Source: Pseudomonadota bacterium (GTDB lineage: Bacteria > Pseudomonadota > Gammaproteobacteria > Burkholderiales > Thiobacillaceae). From it: a stretch of DNA of 64,000 nt. The stretch covers positions 7-64,006 of the forward strand of contig JAKADY010000011.1 in the NCBI GenBank assembly GCA_021826065.1, read 5' to 3'. The notes under the pieces were generated by a model. It saw only the letters and a program-made list of their open reading frames with translations. It did no database searches and was not told where the DNA came from. The first letter of the stretch is position 1, and the number at the start of each line of letters is the position of its first letter. The translations under genes and the position numbers were made by a program. Below are positions 42,265-52,405 of the stretch, one piece after another.

Positions 42265-44862
42265 GTGTCCGCCGCCTCCCCCCTCACCGCCGAGCCGTCT
42301 CTGGACAGCCACACCCCCATGATGCAGCAGTATCTGCGCATCAAGGCGCAGTACCCGCACATGCTGCTGTTCTACCGCATGGGGGACTTCTACGAGCTGT
42401 TCTACGACGACGCCGAGCGGGCGGCGGCGCTGCTCGACATCACGCTGACCACGCGCGGGGCCTCGGCCGGCGAGCCGATCCGCATGGCGGGTGTGCCCTA
42501 TCACGCGGTCGAGCAATACCTGGCGCGGCTGGTGCGGCTGGGTGAGTCGGTGGCCATCTGCGAGCAGATCGGCGACCCGAAGACCAGTAAGGGGCCGGTG
42601 GAGCGCCGCGTGGTGCGCATCGTCACGCCGGGGACGCTGACCGAGGAGGGCTTGCTGGAGGACCGGCGCGATGCCGTGCTGCTGGCCATCGCGCCGGTGC
42701 GGTCGGCGCTGGCGCTGGCCTGGCTCACCCTGGCGAGCGGCGACTTCCGCGCCGCCGAGATCGCCCCCGATCGGCTGGCGGCCGAGCTGGCACGGCTTGC
42801 CCCGGCCGAGGTGCTGCTGCCCGAGGACTGGCAGCACCCGGCCCTCGAAGGTTGCCGGGCCGCCTTCACCCGGCGGCCGGCCTGGCAGTTCGACGCCGAG
42901 CGCGGCCGCCGGCTGCTCAACGAACACTTCGGCACGCGCGCGCTCGACGCCTTCGGTGTGGAGGATCGTCCCGGTGTGCTGGCCGCGGCGGGGCTACTCA
43001 TCGACTACGCCCGCCAGACCCAGCAGCAGGCCCTGCCGCACGTCGCCGGCCTGCGCCTGGAGCGCGACGACACCTATGTCGGCCTGGACGCCGCCGCCCG
43101 CCGCACCCTGGAGCTCACCGAGACCCTGCGCGGCGAGGCGGCGCCCACCCTGTTCTCCGAACTCGACCAGGCGGTGACCGCCATGGGCAGCCGGCTGCTG
43201 CGGCACTGGCTGCACCACCCGTTGCGCGACCGGCAGGTCTTGCGCGAGCGGCTGGCGGTGACCGGCGCCCTGCTGGAGGACGCCCGCCTGCGTGAGCAGG
43301 TGCGGGCCGCGCTCAAGGGCATGGCCGACATCGAGCGCATCACCGCCCGCATCGCCTTGAAGAGCGCGCGGCCGCGCGACCTCTCGGGCCTGCGCGATAC
43401 GCTCGCGCGCCTGCCGGCCTTGAGCCGGGCGCTCGCCGAGGCCGGCGAGCCCCTGACCGGCTTCGCACCCCGGCTGCAGCCGCCGGAGGGGGTCTTCGAG
43501 CAGATCAGTCGCGCCCTGCTGCCCGAACCGGCCGCCCAGTTGCGCGAGGGCGGCGTCATCAACGATGGTTATGATGCCGAGCTGGACGAGCTGCGCCGGC
43601 TACAGTCGGGCTGCGGCGACTTCCTCCTGCAGCTGGAGGCGCGCGAGCGCGAACGCACTGGCATCGCCAACCTGCGCGTCGAGTACAACAAGGTCTCCGG
43701 CTTCTACATCGAGGTCACCCGCGCCCAGGCCGGCCGCGTGCCGGCCGACTACCATCGGCGGCAGACGCTCAAGAACGTCGAGCGTTATCTGACGCCGGAG
43801 CTCAAAGACTTCGAGAGCCGCTATCTCTCCGCCGCCGAACGGGCCCTGGCGCGCGAGCGCCTGCTCTACGAGGCCCTGCTCGACGCCCTCGCCCCGGCCA
43901 TCCCACCGCTGCAGCGCCTGGCCGCGGCCGTGGCGGAACTCGACGTCCTCGCCGGCCAGGCGGCGCTCGCGCAGGCGCGGTCCTATGTGGCCCCGACCTA
44001 CAGCGACGACTGGGGCATCCGCATCACGGCCGGGCGGCATCCCGTCGTCGAGACCCGCGTCGAGGCCTACATCCCCAACGACGTGGCGCTCACGCCCGGC
44101 CGGCGCATGCTCGTCATCACCGGCCCCAACATGGGCGGCAAGTCCACCTACATGCGCGCCACCGCTCTGATCGTGCTAATGGCCTGCTGCGGGCTCTACG
44201 TGCCGGCGCAGACCGCGGTGATCGGCCCCATCGACCAGATCTTCACCCGCATCGGCTCCTCCGACGACCTCGCCGGCGGGCGCTCCACCTTCATGGTGGA
44301 GATGACCGAGACGGCCAGCATCCTCAACCACGCCACCGAGCAAAGCCTGGTCCTGCTCGACGAGATCGGCCGCGGCACCTCCACCTTCGACGGCATCTCC
44401 ATCGCCTGGGCGGTCGCGCGGCACCTCGCCGAGAAGACCCGCTGCCCCACCCTGTTCGCCACCCACTATTTCGAGCTCACCCAGCTCGCCCAGGAATACA
44501 AGACCATCGCCAACGTGCACCTGGACGCGGTGGAGGCCGCCGGCCAGCTCACCTTCCTGCACGCCGTACAGGACGGTCCCGCCAGCCAGAGCTATGGGCT
44601 GCAGGTTGCCCGCCTGGCCGGCGTGCCGGCCGCGGTGGTCAACGCCGCCCGGCGCAAGCTCGTCGAGCTGGAAAACCAGCAGGTGGCGGTGTCCGGCCAG
44701 GGCGACCTGTTCGCCGGGTTGCCTGCGCCCCCTGAGCCCACGACTCACCCCGTCCTGGAACGGCTGTCACACCTGGACCCGGACAGCCTCACCCCCCGCC
44801 AGGCGCTGGACCTCCTCTACGAACTCAAGCGCCTGTCCTCCCCCCTGATCCCTGATCCCTGA
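42265..44862 (+). CDS. mutS: DNA mismatch repair protein MutS
   Basis: 865 aa, GTG start. [31 protein letters not shown] and Walker [14 protein letters not shown]. The last codons lie in the heptad repeat CCTGATC. Confidence 0.93.
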   Translation: MSAASPLTAEPSLDSHTPMMQQYLRIKAQYPHMLLFYRMGDFYELFYDDAERAAALLDITLTTRGASAGEPIRMAGVPYHAVEQYLARLVRLGESVAICEQIGDPKTSKGPVERRVVRIVTPGTLTEEGLLEDRRDAVLLAIAPVRSALALAWLTLASGDFRAAEIAPDRLAAELARLAPAEVLLPEDWQHPALEGCRAAFTRRPAWQFDAERGRRLLNEHFGTRALDAFGVEDRPGVLAAAGLLIDYARQTQQQALPHVAGLRLERDDTYVGLDAAARRTLELTETLRGEAAPTLFSELDQAVTAMGSRLLRHWLHHPLRDRQVLRERLAVTGALLEDARLREQVRAALKGMADIERITARIALKSARPRDLSGLRDTLARLPALSRALAEAGEPLTGFAPRLQPPEGVFEQISRALLPEPAAQLREGGVINDGYDAELDELRRLQSGCGDFLLQLEARERERTGIANLRVEYNKVSGFYIEVTRAQAGRVPADYHRRQTLKNVERYLTPELKDFESRYLSAAERALARERLLYEALLDALAPAIPPLQRLAAAVAELDVLAGQAALAQARSYVAPTYSDDWGIRITAGRHPVVETRVEAYIPNDVALTPGRRMLVITGPNMGGKSTYMRATALIVLMACCGLYVPAQTAVIGPIDQIFTRIGSSDDLAGGRSTFMVEMTETASILNHATEQSLVLLDEIGRGTSTFDGISIAWAVARHLAEKTRCPTLFATHYFELTQLAQEYKTIANVHLDAVEAAGQLTFLHAVQDGPASQSYGLQVARLAGVPAAVVNAARRKLVELENQQVAVSGQGDLFAGLPAPPEPTTHPVLERLSHLDPDSLTPRQALDLLYELKRLSSPLIPDP

Positions 44863-44870
44863 TTCCTGAA
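44844..44870 (+). repeat. CCTGATN heptad tandem repeat spanning the mutS stop and the next start codon
   Basis: CCTGATC-CCTGATC-CCTGATT-CCTGAA(A)TG. The mutS TGA (44860-62) is inside repeat 3 and the repeat runs straight into ATG 44871. Confidence 0.75.
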
Positions 44871-45143
44871 ATGCAGACCCTGCACCTCGACGCCAGCGAA
44901 CTTAACCTCGACTTCGACGCCCGCCTCAAGCTGGCCAACGCCATCGCCCGGCAGCTGCTCGGCGAGGCCATGCTGCTGTCCTTCTACGACCGCGACCGCA
45001 ATCTGGAGTCGCCCGCCGGCGTGTCCGAATGCCATGTCGGCTGCGCCACCCCGGGCTGGCAGGACTATGCCGAGAACCGCGGCGGCACGCTGATGGTGAA
45101 CTTCGAGCACGGTCGCCATGTGTTCTGCTACCGGCCCATCTGA
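44871..45143 (+). CDS. hypothetical small protein (90 aa)
   Basis: ORF 8 nt after mutS with protein-like composition (ECHVGCATPGWQDYAENRGG). Family not recognised. Confidence 0.4.
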   Translation: MQTLHLDASELNLDFDARLKLANAIARQLLGEAMLLSFYDRDRNLESPAGVSECHVGCATPGWQDYAENRGGTLMVNFEHGRHVFCYRPI

Positions 45144-45147
45144 ACGG

Positions 45148-45570
45148 ATGGCAGCACCCGATTTCGCCGAATACCGTGAGCAGCTCGCCCGCCTGCCGGG
45201 CGGGACGGCGGCAGCCCTCAGGGATTTCCTCGGCCCCTGCCTGGCCGGGCCGGAGCAGTGCGACGGGCAGGGGCTGCCCCGCTGGCCCCTCAACGAGGGC
45301 GGCTGGCTGGGCCTGCAAACGGCGCCCGAAGGCGGGGTCCTCCGGCTGGTGCACGAGGACGCCGGGCAGGCGACGGAGATCGCCCGTTTCAGCGAGGACC
45401 TGTTGACGGCGGCCCAGGGCGACCCGGCCGTCTCGCCCCTGGTGCTGGCCCTGCTCGCCATCGCCGCCGGCGACGTGGACGACGGCCGCCGGCTCAAGCG
45501 GTGGCTGCCGCGGCTGGATGCGGCTGCGCGCGACCTCATGCTGATGACCCTCTGCCGGCTCTGTGGCTGA
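45148..45570 (+). CDS. hypothetical protein (140 aa)
   Basis: ATG 45148, 4 nt after the previous stop (track start 45118 overlaps it). No recognised motifs. The end overlaps the next gene by 8 nt. Confidence 0.35.
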   Translation: MAAPDFAEYREQLARLPGGTAAALRDFLGPCLAGPEQCDGQGLPRWPLNEGGWLGLQTAPEGGVLRLVHEDAGQATEIARFSEDLLTAAQGDPAVSPLVLALLAIAAGDVDDGRRLKRWLPRLDAAARDLMLMTLCRLCG

Positions 45571-46801
45571 GGCCCCGGTCATCCTCTTCGGCGCCTGCGA
45601 CCGCCACAACCTGGGCGACCTGCTCTTCCCGCACATCGCCGCCGCCCTGCTGGCGCCGCGCCCGGTCGTGGTCGCCGGACTGGCCGAGCGTGACCTGACC
45701 GCCTTCGGCGGCCACCGGGTCGCCGCGCTGGCCCGTCTGGCCGCACAGTGGGACAACTTATGTCCGGACGCCCCGGCCGAGCTGGTGCATGTGGGCGGCG
45801 AGCTCCTCACCTGCAGCCTCTACGAGGCGGCGGTGATGACCCTGCCGCCCGAGGCGGCGCCGGCGGCCATCGCCCGCTACGACCGTGACGCAACCGCGCG
45901 CCAGGCCTGGGCCGAGGCCCTGCTGGGGCTGCGCCAGCAGGTGGCCTATCTGGTACCCAAGGCCCTGTTCCGCCAGCCCGGCCGCTTCCTGCATTGCGCC
46001 CTGGGCGGCGTCGAGCTGCCGCGTCTGCCCGCGGCCATGCGCGCCGAGGTGCTGGACCGGCTGCGCGAGTCAGACGCTCTCACGGTGCGCGACCGTAACA
46101 CCCAGGCCGCCCTGGCCGAGGCCGGCATCCAGGCCGAACTCATGCCCGACCCGGCCGTGCTCACGGCCGAGCTCTATGGCCCGCGCGTCGCCCGTCACGC
46201 CGAGGCTGGCGAAGCGGCGCAGGTGCGCGCGCGTTTCGCCCAAGGCTATGTCGCCGTGCAGTTCGCCGCCGAGTTTGGCGACGACGCCACACTTGCGCAG
46301 CTCGCCGACCAGCTCGACCGCATCGCCGCCACCACCGGCCTGGGTCTCGTCCTGTTCCGCGCCGGCGCGGCGCCCTGGCACGACGACCTTGCGGCCTACC
46401 GGCGGCTGCTCAGCCGCCTGCCGCAGCGGGAGGTCTGGCTGTTCGAGTCCCTTGACATCTGGGACGTCTGCGCCCTGCTCGCCCGGGCGCGGGCCTACGT
46501 CGGCAGCAGCCTGCACGGCCGCATCGTCGCCGCCTGCTACGGCGTGCCCGGCGTCACCCTCGTCAGAACGCTGGACCAGCCGTGCAAACAGGCCGCCTAT
46601 CTGGCCACCTGGCATGCCACCGAGGACGCTGGCGTGGTCGGGCCCACCGGGCTCGCCGCCGCCCTCGCCCGGGCCATCGCGCTGCCTGCCGAAGCGCGCC
46701 TGACCGAGCAAAGGACTCGGCTCGAACAGTGCCGGCGCCAGATGCAGCGCCTGTATGCCCCCCGCCTGGTGTCCCCGCCTCAGGGCGTCCTGCACGGGTG
46801 A
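45563..46801 (+). CDS. polysaccharide pyruvyl-transferase-family protein (tentative)
   Basis: 412 aa, GTG start. N-terminal ILFGACDRHNLGDLLFPHI resembles the NxGD motif of PS_pyruv_trans enzymes. C-terminal GSSLHGRIVAACYGVPG resembles their conserved SxRLHG block. Confidence 0.5.
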   Translation: MAEAPVILFGACDRHNLGDLLFPHIAAALLAPRPVVVAGLAERDLTAFGGHRVAALARLAAQWDNLCPDAPAELVHVGGELLTCSLYEAAVMTLPPEAAPAAIARYDRDATARQAWAEALLGLRQQVAYLVPKALFRQPGRFLHCALGGVELPRLPAAMRAEVLDRLRESDALTVRDRNTQAALAEAGIQAELMPDPAVLTAELYGPRVARHAEAGEAAQVRARFAQGYVAVQFAAEFGDDATLAQLADQLDRIAATTGLGLVLFRAGAAPWHDDLAAYRRLLSRLPQREVWLFESLDIWDVCALLARARAYVGSSLHGRIVAACYGVPGVTLVRTLDQPCKQAAYLATWHATEDAGVVGPTGLAAALARAIALPAEARLTEQRTRLEQCRRQMQRLYAPRLVSPPQGVLHG

Positions 46802-46892
46802 ACCGCGTCACAGGCTGGCAACGCCCCGGGGGCTACAATCACAGTTGCGGCCTCACACGAGGCCGCTGCCAACTTCAATCGAGGAGACCGCC

Positions 46893-47615
46893 ATGCGCAC
46901 CCTAGCACTACTCAGCGCCGGCCTGCTGGCCACCCTGCCCGCCTGGGCCGAAGTCGAGACCTATCGCATCGATCCCGAGCACAGCTTCGCCAACTGGGAG
47001 GTGCGCCACATCGTCGCGCGGGTGAGCGGTAGCTTCTCCACGGTGAACGGCACCGTCGTGCTCGACCGCGACAACCTCGCGCGCAGCCGTGTCGAGGCCA
47101 CCATCGACGTGGCCAGCCTCAACTCCGGCCATCGCAAGCGCGACGTCCACCTGTGGAGCGACGAATTCCTCGATGCACGCCGCTACCCCGAGATGCGCTT
47201 CGAGTCCACCTCGGTGCAGCCGAGCGGCCCCGACAAGGGGGTGATCAACGGTAACCTGACCCTGCGCGGTGTGACGCGGCCGGTGAAGCTCGCCTACCAG
47301 ATCCTGGGCTTTGGCAACGACCCATGGGACGGCTACCGTGCCGGTCTCCTGGCCGTGACCCGTATCAACCGGTTGGAGTTCGGCGTGAGCAAGTTCCCGG
47401 AACCAGGCCCAATCGGCAACGATGTCGAGATCACCCTGCTGGTCGAGGGCATCAAGCTGGGCCCGGACGGCAAGCCCTTCAGCGTGAAAAAGGCGGCCGA
47501 GGAGAAGGCCGCGGCCGAGAAGGCCAAGGCGGCCACGCAGCCGCCCGCGCCGGCCAAGGAGGAGAGCCTGGAGGATCAGCTCAAGCGCCAGCTGCTGCGC
47601 GGCATCTTCAAGTAG
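46893..47615 (+). CDS. YceI-family periplasmic protein with Lys/Ala/Glu-rich tail
   Basis: ATG 46893 with GAGGAG SD. Signal peptide MRTLALLSAGLLATLPAWA. YRIDPEHSFANWEVRHIVARVSGSF...LTLRGVTRPV is typical YceI. Confidence 0.72.
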   Translation: MRTLALLSAGLLATLPAWAEVETYRIDPEHSFANWEVRHIVARVSGSFSTVNGTVVLDRDNLARSRVEATIDVASLNSGHRKRDVHLWSDEFLDARRYPEMRFESTSVQPSGPDKGVINGNLTLRGVTRPVKLAYQILGFGNDPWDGYRAGLLAVTRINRLEFGVSKFPEPGPIGNDVEITLLVEGIKLGPDGKPFSVKKAAEEKAAAEKAKAATQPPAPAKEESLEDQLKRQLLRGIFK

Positions 47616-47629
47616 GACGACGGCCCGCG

Positions 47630-48880
47630 TCATTCCGACGCCGGCCGATGCACCGGCAGGCGGGCGATCCGCCCCTCGATCTCCTCGATCATCCGGTTAT
47701 AACCCGCCCCGCCCACGCCGCCATAGCGGCGCTCGAACTCGTACAAGGGCAAAAACTCCGGCAGATCGCCGATCTCCGGGATGTAGAGCGCACTGTCGCG
47801 GCTGTGGGCGAGGAGGTCCTGCACCCGCCGGGCCGCCTGCGCCGAGGCGGTGGCGCGCATGCCGAAGTGGCTGCCAGCCCGGTCGGCGGCCAGGTCGCTG
47901 AAGCTGAAGCCGCTGCCGCCACGGGTGTCGCGCACCTCCTTGTAGAGGCCGGCCTGGTCTGCCAGGGCCTCGCCCAGCACCGCTGCCAGGGCGGCGGAGA
48001 GGGTGAAGTGCTGGACATAGTCGCCGCGGCCCTCGAGGCTGAGCCCCGGCAGCCGCGCCGTGGTCCCGTCCGGCAGCCCCAGCCGGCGACCGTTCGCCGC
48101 CTCGGCCAGGGCGAGAAGCAGGGCGCGGTTCTCCGCCACCGGGTCACCCGCCCGCGAACGCGCCCGGGCCAGGGCGAAGAGCTCGCCCATGACGCGGGCG
48201 AAGTCGGGTGCGGGCCGTGTATGCGCCAATTCGCCGAGCCGTGCCCGGTAGGCTGCCATCTGGTCGGGATCGACCCCGGCCAACTGCCGGCCGGCGGTGT
48301 CGATGAGGGCGTGCACGCTCGCCGCGTCCCAGGCCAGGGTGAGCTGCAGCTCGCCCGCCGCAAGCCTCACCTCGCGCACCACCTCATCGATCAGCCGCAG
48401 TTGGGCAGCCAGGGGGCTCACCGCCAGCAGGCCCTCGACGAGGGGGCGGGCCAACAGGCCGGGCAGCGGCAGCACCCCCAGCAGCAACTGGTCGATCTCG
48501 AGGCGATCGGCCGCCGGGACCAGGCGCAGGCGCAGGTTGAGATAACGCCCCGCCGGCCTGGGACGTAGGGAGAGGTCCAGCACCAGGGCCTGGTCGCTCA
48601 GATGCACGCGGCCAAAGCCCAGCTGGCGGCTCACGAGCAGGTAGTTGAGACCCAGGTCGAGGTCCTGCGCCCTCAGGCGCAGGCGTCGCACGGGTTGCGC
48701 GGTGGGCCAGGCCGGGAAGAGCTGGCGATAGATGCGGCGGCCGCGTTCCAGATCAGCCGCGGTGGGCACGCCCGCGTGGGTGACGCGGGGTGCCTCGGTG
48801 AAGGCCGATCGCCAGACGGCATGGCCGCCGGCGACGAGCAGGCCCGTGAGGATTAAGGCCCAGGCCAGGCGCCGCAACAT
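47630..48880 (-). CDS. hypothetical membrane-anchored protein (416 aa)
   Basis: N-terminal TM (LAWALILTGLLVAGG), otherwise soluble-looking. Likely co-transcribed with 48948..50813. No recognised family. Confidence 0.4.
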   Translation of the reverse strand: MLRRLAWALILTGLLVAGGHAVWRSAFTEAPRVTHAGVPTAADLERGRRIYRQLFPAWPTAQPVRRLRLRAQDLDLGLNYLLVSRQLGFGRVHLSDQALVLDLSLRPRPAGRYLNLRLRLVPAADRLEIDQLLLGVLPLPGLLARPLVEGLLAVSPLAAQLRLIDEVVREVRLAAGELQLTLAWDAASVHALIDTAGRQLAGVDPDQMAAYRARLGELAHTRPAPDFARVMGELFALARARSRAGDPVAENRALLLALAEAANGRRLGLPDGTTARLPGLSLEGRGDYVQHFTLSAALAAVLGEALADQAGLYKEVRDTRGGSGFSFSDLAADRAGSHFGMRATASAQAARRVQDLLAHSRDSALYIPEIGDLPEFLPLYEFERRYGGVGGAGYNRMIEEIEGRIARLPVHRPASE

Positions 48881-48906
48881 CTGCCTGATTGAGCGTCTAT
48901 GCCTGG

Positions 48907-48940
48907 CCCCTCCCCCGCGGGGGAGGGAGAGGGGGAGCGG
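48907..48940. repeat. BoxC-like repeat, partial copy 3 (hairpin core only)
   Basis: CCCCTCCCCCGCGGGGGAGGGAGAGGGGGAGCGGG, between two minus-strand hypothetical genes. Confidence 0.6.
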
Positions 48941-48947
48941 GTCGCGC

Positions 48948-50813
48948 TCAGTGCGGCTGCACGCCGGGACCGAAGAAGCGATAGCCCAGGCGCAGCTCGC
49001 GGCTCAGCTCGAAGCGTTTGCGCTCCGGGCCGCTGGCGAAGTCCTTCTCGATGCGGGCATAGGCCTGTTGTGTCCAGGCCTTGTCCTGCAGCAGGTCGGC
49101 CACGCCCTCCGCCCAGGCGAGCTTGTCGGCGGGGTTCTTGAGCAGTTCGCCACAGCGGTCCATGACCGGCACGATTTCCGAGGCGGGCAGCTCATAGACC
49201 TTCATGCGGCGGGCGAGCTGCAGACACTGGTCGGCGCTGGCGCAGCGCTCGACGGCGCGGGTGAACAAGGCCTGGGCGCGGGCCTCGTCGCCCATGTCGC
49301 GATAGAGCTTGCCCACGTGCGCCAGGGCGAAGTGGTCGCGTGCCCGCTTGGCCGCCTCGTCCAGCAGCCGGGCGGCCCACTCGCGGTCATCCAGCGCCTC
49401 CAGCACGGTCTCGGCCAGCTTGGTCCAGTCGTAGGGGTTGTCGCCCGCCTGGGCGGCACGCGCCTCCAGATAGGTGCGCGCCTGGGCGCGGCCGAACTCG
49501 GCGTCCTTGAGCTCGCGCGCGCACGTGAGCACGATCTCGCGGAACCAGACGAAATCGGCGGCCGAGGCGACGCTTTCCTCCAGGAGTTTGCCCAGCCACT
49601 GTTTGTCACCCAGGCGGTCCACGGCGAGGATCAGCGGTTTGAAGCGGCTGAAGTGGAAGCCGTCGGCGCGCATCAGCGCCTCGGCCGAGGCGAGCAGCTT
49701 GGCGGCGTAGGCGGCGTCCTCCAGCTCGGCCATCACCCGGTCGGCCAGGGCGATGAACTGCTTGACCGTGCTGGCCTTGGCCTCCTCGTTCTGGATCTCG
49801 ACATACTTGGCCTGGTTGGCCTCGCGCTTGGCCAGGCGGTCCTTCAGCCGCGTCAGACGCTCGGTATCGCCGGCGGCGTGTTTCTCCGCCGCGGCGACGA
49901 TCTTGCGCATGTCGTCCAGGTTGTTCACCACCTCCTCGGCACGGGTGAGCATGGCCGCCACACCGGCCGCGTCGCCGAGCGCGGCATAGGCGTCGGCGAG
50001 CTGCAGGAACTCGCCGGTGCTAGAGGCCACCGCGTTGCCCTTGGCGAGCACCTGGCGGGTGAATTCGGCGTTGCCCTTGGCCGACTCCAGCACCTGCATG
50101 AGCGCAGTGAAGTCGCGTGCCGACTCCAGCGCCTTGGCGTAGAGGCTGCCGGCGGCGGCCGGGTCGATCTCGGCCATGGCGCCGGACAGGGCGATCAAGT
50201 CGGCAGGGCTGCCATATTTTTCCGCCCCCTCGGCGATGATGGCCGCGGCGCGCGCCTTGTCGCCCAGGTCGGTGGCGATCGTCTTGGCCAGGCGGGCGTA
50301 ATCGGCGGCGCGTCCGGCCTTGGCTTTGATCTTGTCGAAGATCTGGCCGGCCAGCTCGGCGGCCGCGTCCTTGAGCTCGCCGGTGACCACGCGGGCCAGG
50401 TCGTAGAGCGCCTCGGTGGCGGAGATCTCCTTGAGCGCGCCGGTCAAGGCCTTGACCGAGGCGGCGGCATCACCGGTGATAAGCCAGGTGCCGATGCCGG
50501 CGGCGACCTTTTCCTCGCCGCTCATGGCAAAGTCCTGCCCCTGGGTGAGCATCTCGGCCGCCTTGGCGTCGTCGCCCAGGGCCTTGTAGCCCAGGGCCAG
50601 GGCGATGAAATCGGCGGTGAACATCGCCCCGCTGGCGGTGTCGTCGAGAAACTTCTTCGCCCCGGCATCGCCCTTGAACTCGGGCCGGGACAGCAGTTCC
50701 TTGGCATAGCCGATGTCGGCCGGGGCATCGAAGGCCTCGCGGGCCAGGGCATATAGGTCTTCGGCGCCTTTGCACTGGGCGGCGCGCGGTTCCAGGGTGT
50801 CGCGGGTGGCCAT
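48948..50813 (-). CDS. all-helical repeat (TPR-like) protein, function unknown
   Basis: 621-aa Ala/Leu/Glu/Asp-rich ORF with recurring ~35-40-aa units of the form xFxxLAxxxxxLGDxxxAxxLL (e.g. DFIALALGYKALGDDAKAAEML, EFLQLADAYAALGDAAGVAAML). Confidence 0.45.
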   Translation of the reverse strand: MATRDTLEPRAAQCKGAEDLYALAREAFDAPADIGYAKELLSRPEFKGDAGAKKFLDDTASGAMFTADFIALALGYKALGDDAKAAEMLTQGQDFAMSGEEKVAAGIGTWLITGDAAASVKALTGALKEISATEALYDLARVVTGELKDAAAELAGQIFDKIKAKAGRAADYARLAKTIATDLGDKARAAAIIAEGAEKYGSPADLIALSGAMAEIDPAAAGSLYAKALESARDFTALMQVLESAKGNAEFTRQVLAKGNAVASSTGEFLQLADAYAALGDAAGVAAMLTRAEEVVNNLDDMRKIVAAAEKHAAGDTERLTRLKDRLAKREANQAKYVEIQNEEAKASTVKQFIALADRVMAELEDAAYAAKLLASAEALMRADGFHFSRFKPLILAVDRLGDKQWLGKLLEESVASAADFVWFREIVLTCARELKDAEFGRAQARTYLEARAAQAGDNPYDWTKLAETVLEALDDREWAARLLDEAAKRARDHFALAHVGKLYRDMGDEARAQALFTRAVERCASADQCLQLARRMKVYELPASEIVPVMDRCGELLKNPADKLAWAEGVADLLQDKAWTQQAYARIEKDFASGPERKRFELSRELRLGYRFFGPGVQPH

Positions 50814-50934
50814 GTCGATTCTCCTGCTCGATCGGGGAAAACCGGGATTTTAACGGCCCGCCCCGACCCGGGCGGTCAGCGATTTTTATCGCTGGATAAA
50901 AAAACCTGCGAGTCCTGTCTGCCCCGTCGTACCG

Positions 50935-51063
50935 TGAAAATCGGCGTAGCCGATCACGAAGCTCCCCTCTGCCGCAAGCGGGAGAGGGTTGGGGGTGAGG
51001 GACCGTTCATGACCGGCACAGCCGTATTCATCGGCAGGGGCGGCCGATCGGCCATGAACGGTT
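50935..51063. repeat. BoxC-like GGGTGAGGG repeat, copy 4 (full-length, same subtype as copy 1)
   Basis: GAAAATCGGCGTAGCCGATCAC-GAAGCTCCCCTCTGCCGCAAGCGGGAGAGGGTTGGGGGTGAGGGACCGTTCATG...GCCATGAACGGT. Lies immediately 3' of the hslU stop. Confidence 0.85.
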
Positions 51064-51067
51064 AGGC

Positions 51068-52405
51068 TCACAAGACATAGCGCGCCAGGTCCTCGCTCGC
51101 GGCCAGGCTGGCAAGGCGCTGGTCGACATAGGCCGCATCGATGACGATGGTCTCGCCGGAGCGCCGGTCGGCCTCGAAGGACAGATCGTCGAGCAGCCGC
51201 TCCATCACCGTGTACAACCGGCGTGCGCCGATGTTCTCGGTGCGCTCGTTGACCTGCCAGGCGATCTCGGCGATGCGGCGGATGGCCTCGGGGGTGAATT
51301 CCAGCCTGACCCCCTCGGTCGCGAGCAGCGCCTGGTACTGGTGCGTGAGGCAGGCGTCGGTCTGGGTCAGGATGCGCTCGAAGTCGGCCACGGTCAGACT
51401 CTGCAACTCCACCCGGATGGGGAAACGGCCCTGCAGCTCGGGGATGAGGTCCGAAGGTTTCGAGAGATGGAAGGCGCCGCTGGCGATGAACAGGATGTGG
51501 TCGGTCTTGACCATGCCGTACTTGGTGGACACCGTCGCCCCCTCCACCAGGGGCAGCAGGTCGCGCTGCACCCCCTGGCGCGACACGTCGGGCCCGTGGG
51601 TGTCGCCGCGCGCGGCGATCTTGTCGATCTCGTCGAGGAAGACGATGCCGTTTTGCTCCAGGTTGCGCATGGCCTCGGCCTTCAGCTCCTCCTCGTTGAC
51701 GAGCTTGCCCGCCTCCTCGTCGGTGAGGATCTGCATCGCCTCGCGGATCTTGAGCTTCTTGCGGCGCGTGCGCCGCCCGCCCAGGTTCTGGAACACCCCC
51801 TGTAGCTGGGTGGTGAGCTCCTCCATGCCGGGCGGGGCGAAGATCTCCATGGTGGGGGCCGGGGCGGCGAGGTCCAGCTCGATCTCCTTGTCGTCGAGGC
51901 TGCCCTCGCGCAGCATCTTGCGGAATCGCTGCCGCGTGGCGCTGTCCTCGCGCGGCTTCTCCGCCTCGCCCCAGGCCTCGCGCGCCGGCGGCAGCAGGGC
52001 GTCGAGGATGCGCTCCTCGGCGGCCTCCTCGGCGCGGGTGCGCACCCGGCGGGTGGCGGCCTCGCGCGCCTGCTTGACGGCGATCTCCGCGAGATCGCGG
52101 ATGATGCTGTCCACGTCTTTGCCGACATAGCCCACCTCGGTGAACTTGGTCGCCTCCACCTTGATGAAGGGGGCGCCGGCCAGCTTGGCCAGCCGCCGGG
52201 CGATCTCGGTCTTGCCCACGCCGGTCGGCCCGATCATCAGGATGTTCTTGGGCGTGATCTCCTGGCGCAGGTGCTCGGGCACACGGCTGCGGCGCCAGCG
52301 GTTGCGGAGCGCGATGGCGCAGGCGCGCTTGGCCTCGTCCTGGCCGACGATATACTTGTCCAACTCGTGGACGATCTCCTGGGGGGTCATCTGGGTCATG
52401 CTCAT
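51068..52405 (-). CDS. hslU: ATP-dependent protease ATPase subunit HslU
   Basis: 445 aa; [33 protein letters not shown], Walker [32 protein letters not shown]. No hslV in the usual upstream position. Confidence 0.93.
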   Translation of the reverse strand: MSMTQMTPQEIVHELDKYIVGQDEAKRACAIALRNRWRRSRVPEHLRQEITPKNILMIGPTGVGKTEIARRLAKLAGAPFIKVEATKFTEVGYVGKDVDSIIRDLAEIAVKQAREAATRRVRTRAEEAAEERILDALLPPAREAWGEAEKPREDSATRQRFRKMLREGSLDDKEIELDLAAPAPTMEIFAPPGMEELTTQLQGVFQNLGGRRTRRKKLKIREAMQILTDEEAGKLVNEEELKAEAMRNLEQNGIVFLDEIDKIAARGDTHGPDVSRQGVQRDLLPLVEGATVSTKYGMVKTDHILFIASGAFHLSKPSDLIPELQGRFPIRVELQSLTVADFERILTQTDACLTHQYQALLATEGVRLEFTPEAIRRIAEIAWQVNERTENIGARRLYTVMERLLDDLSFEADRRSGETIVIDAAYVDQRLASLAASEDLARYVL

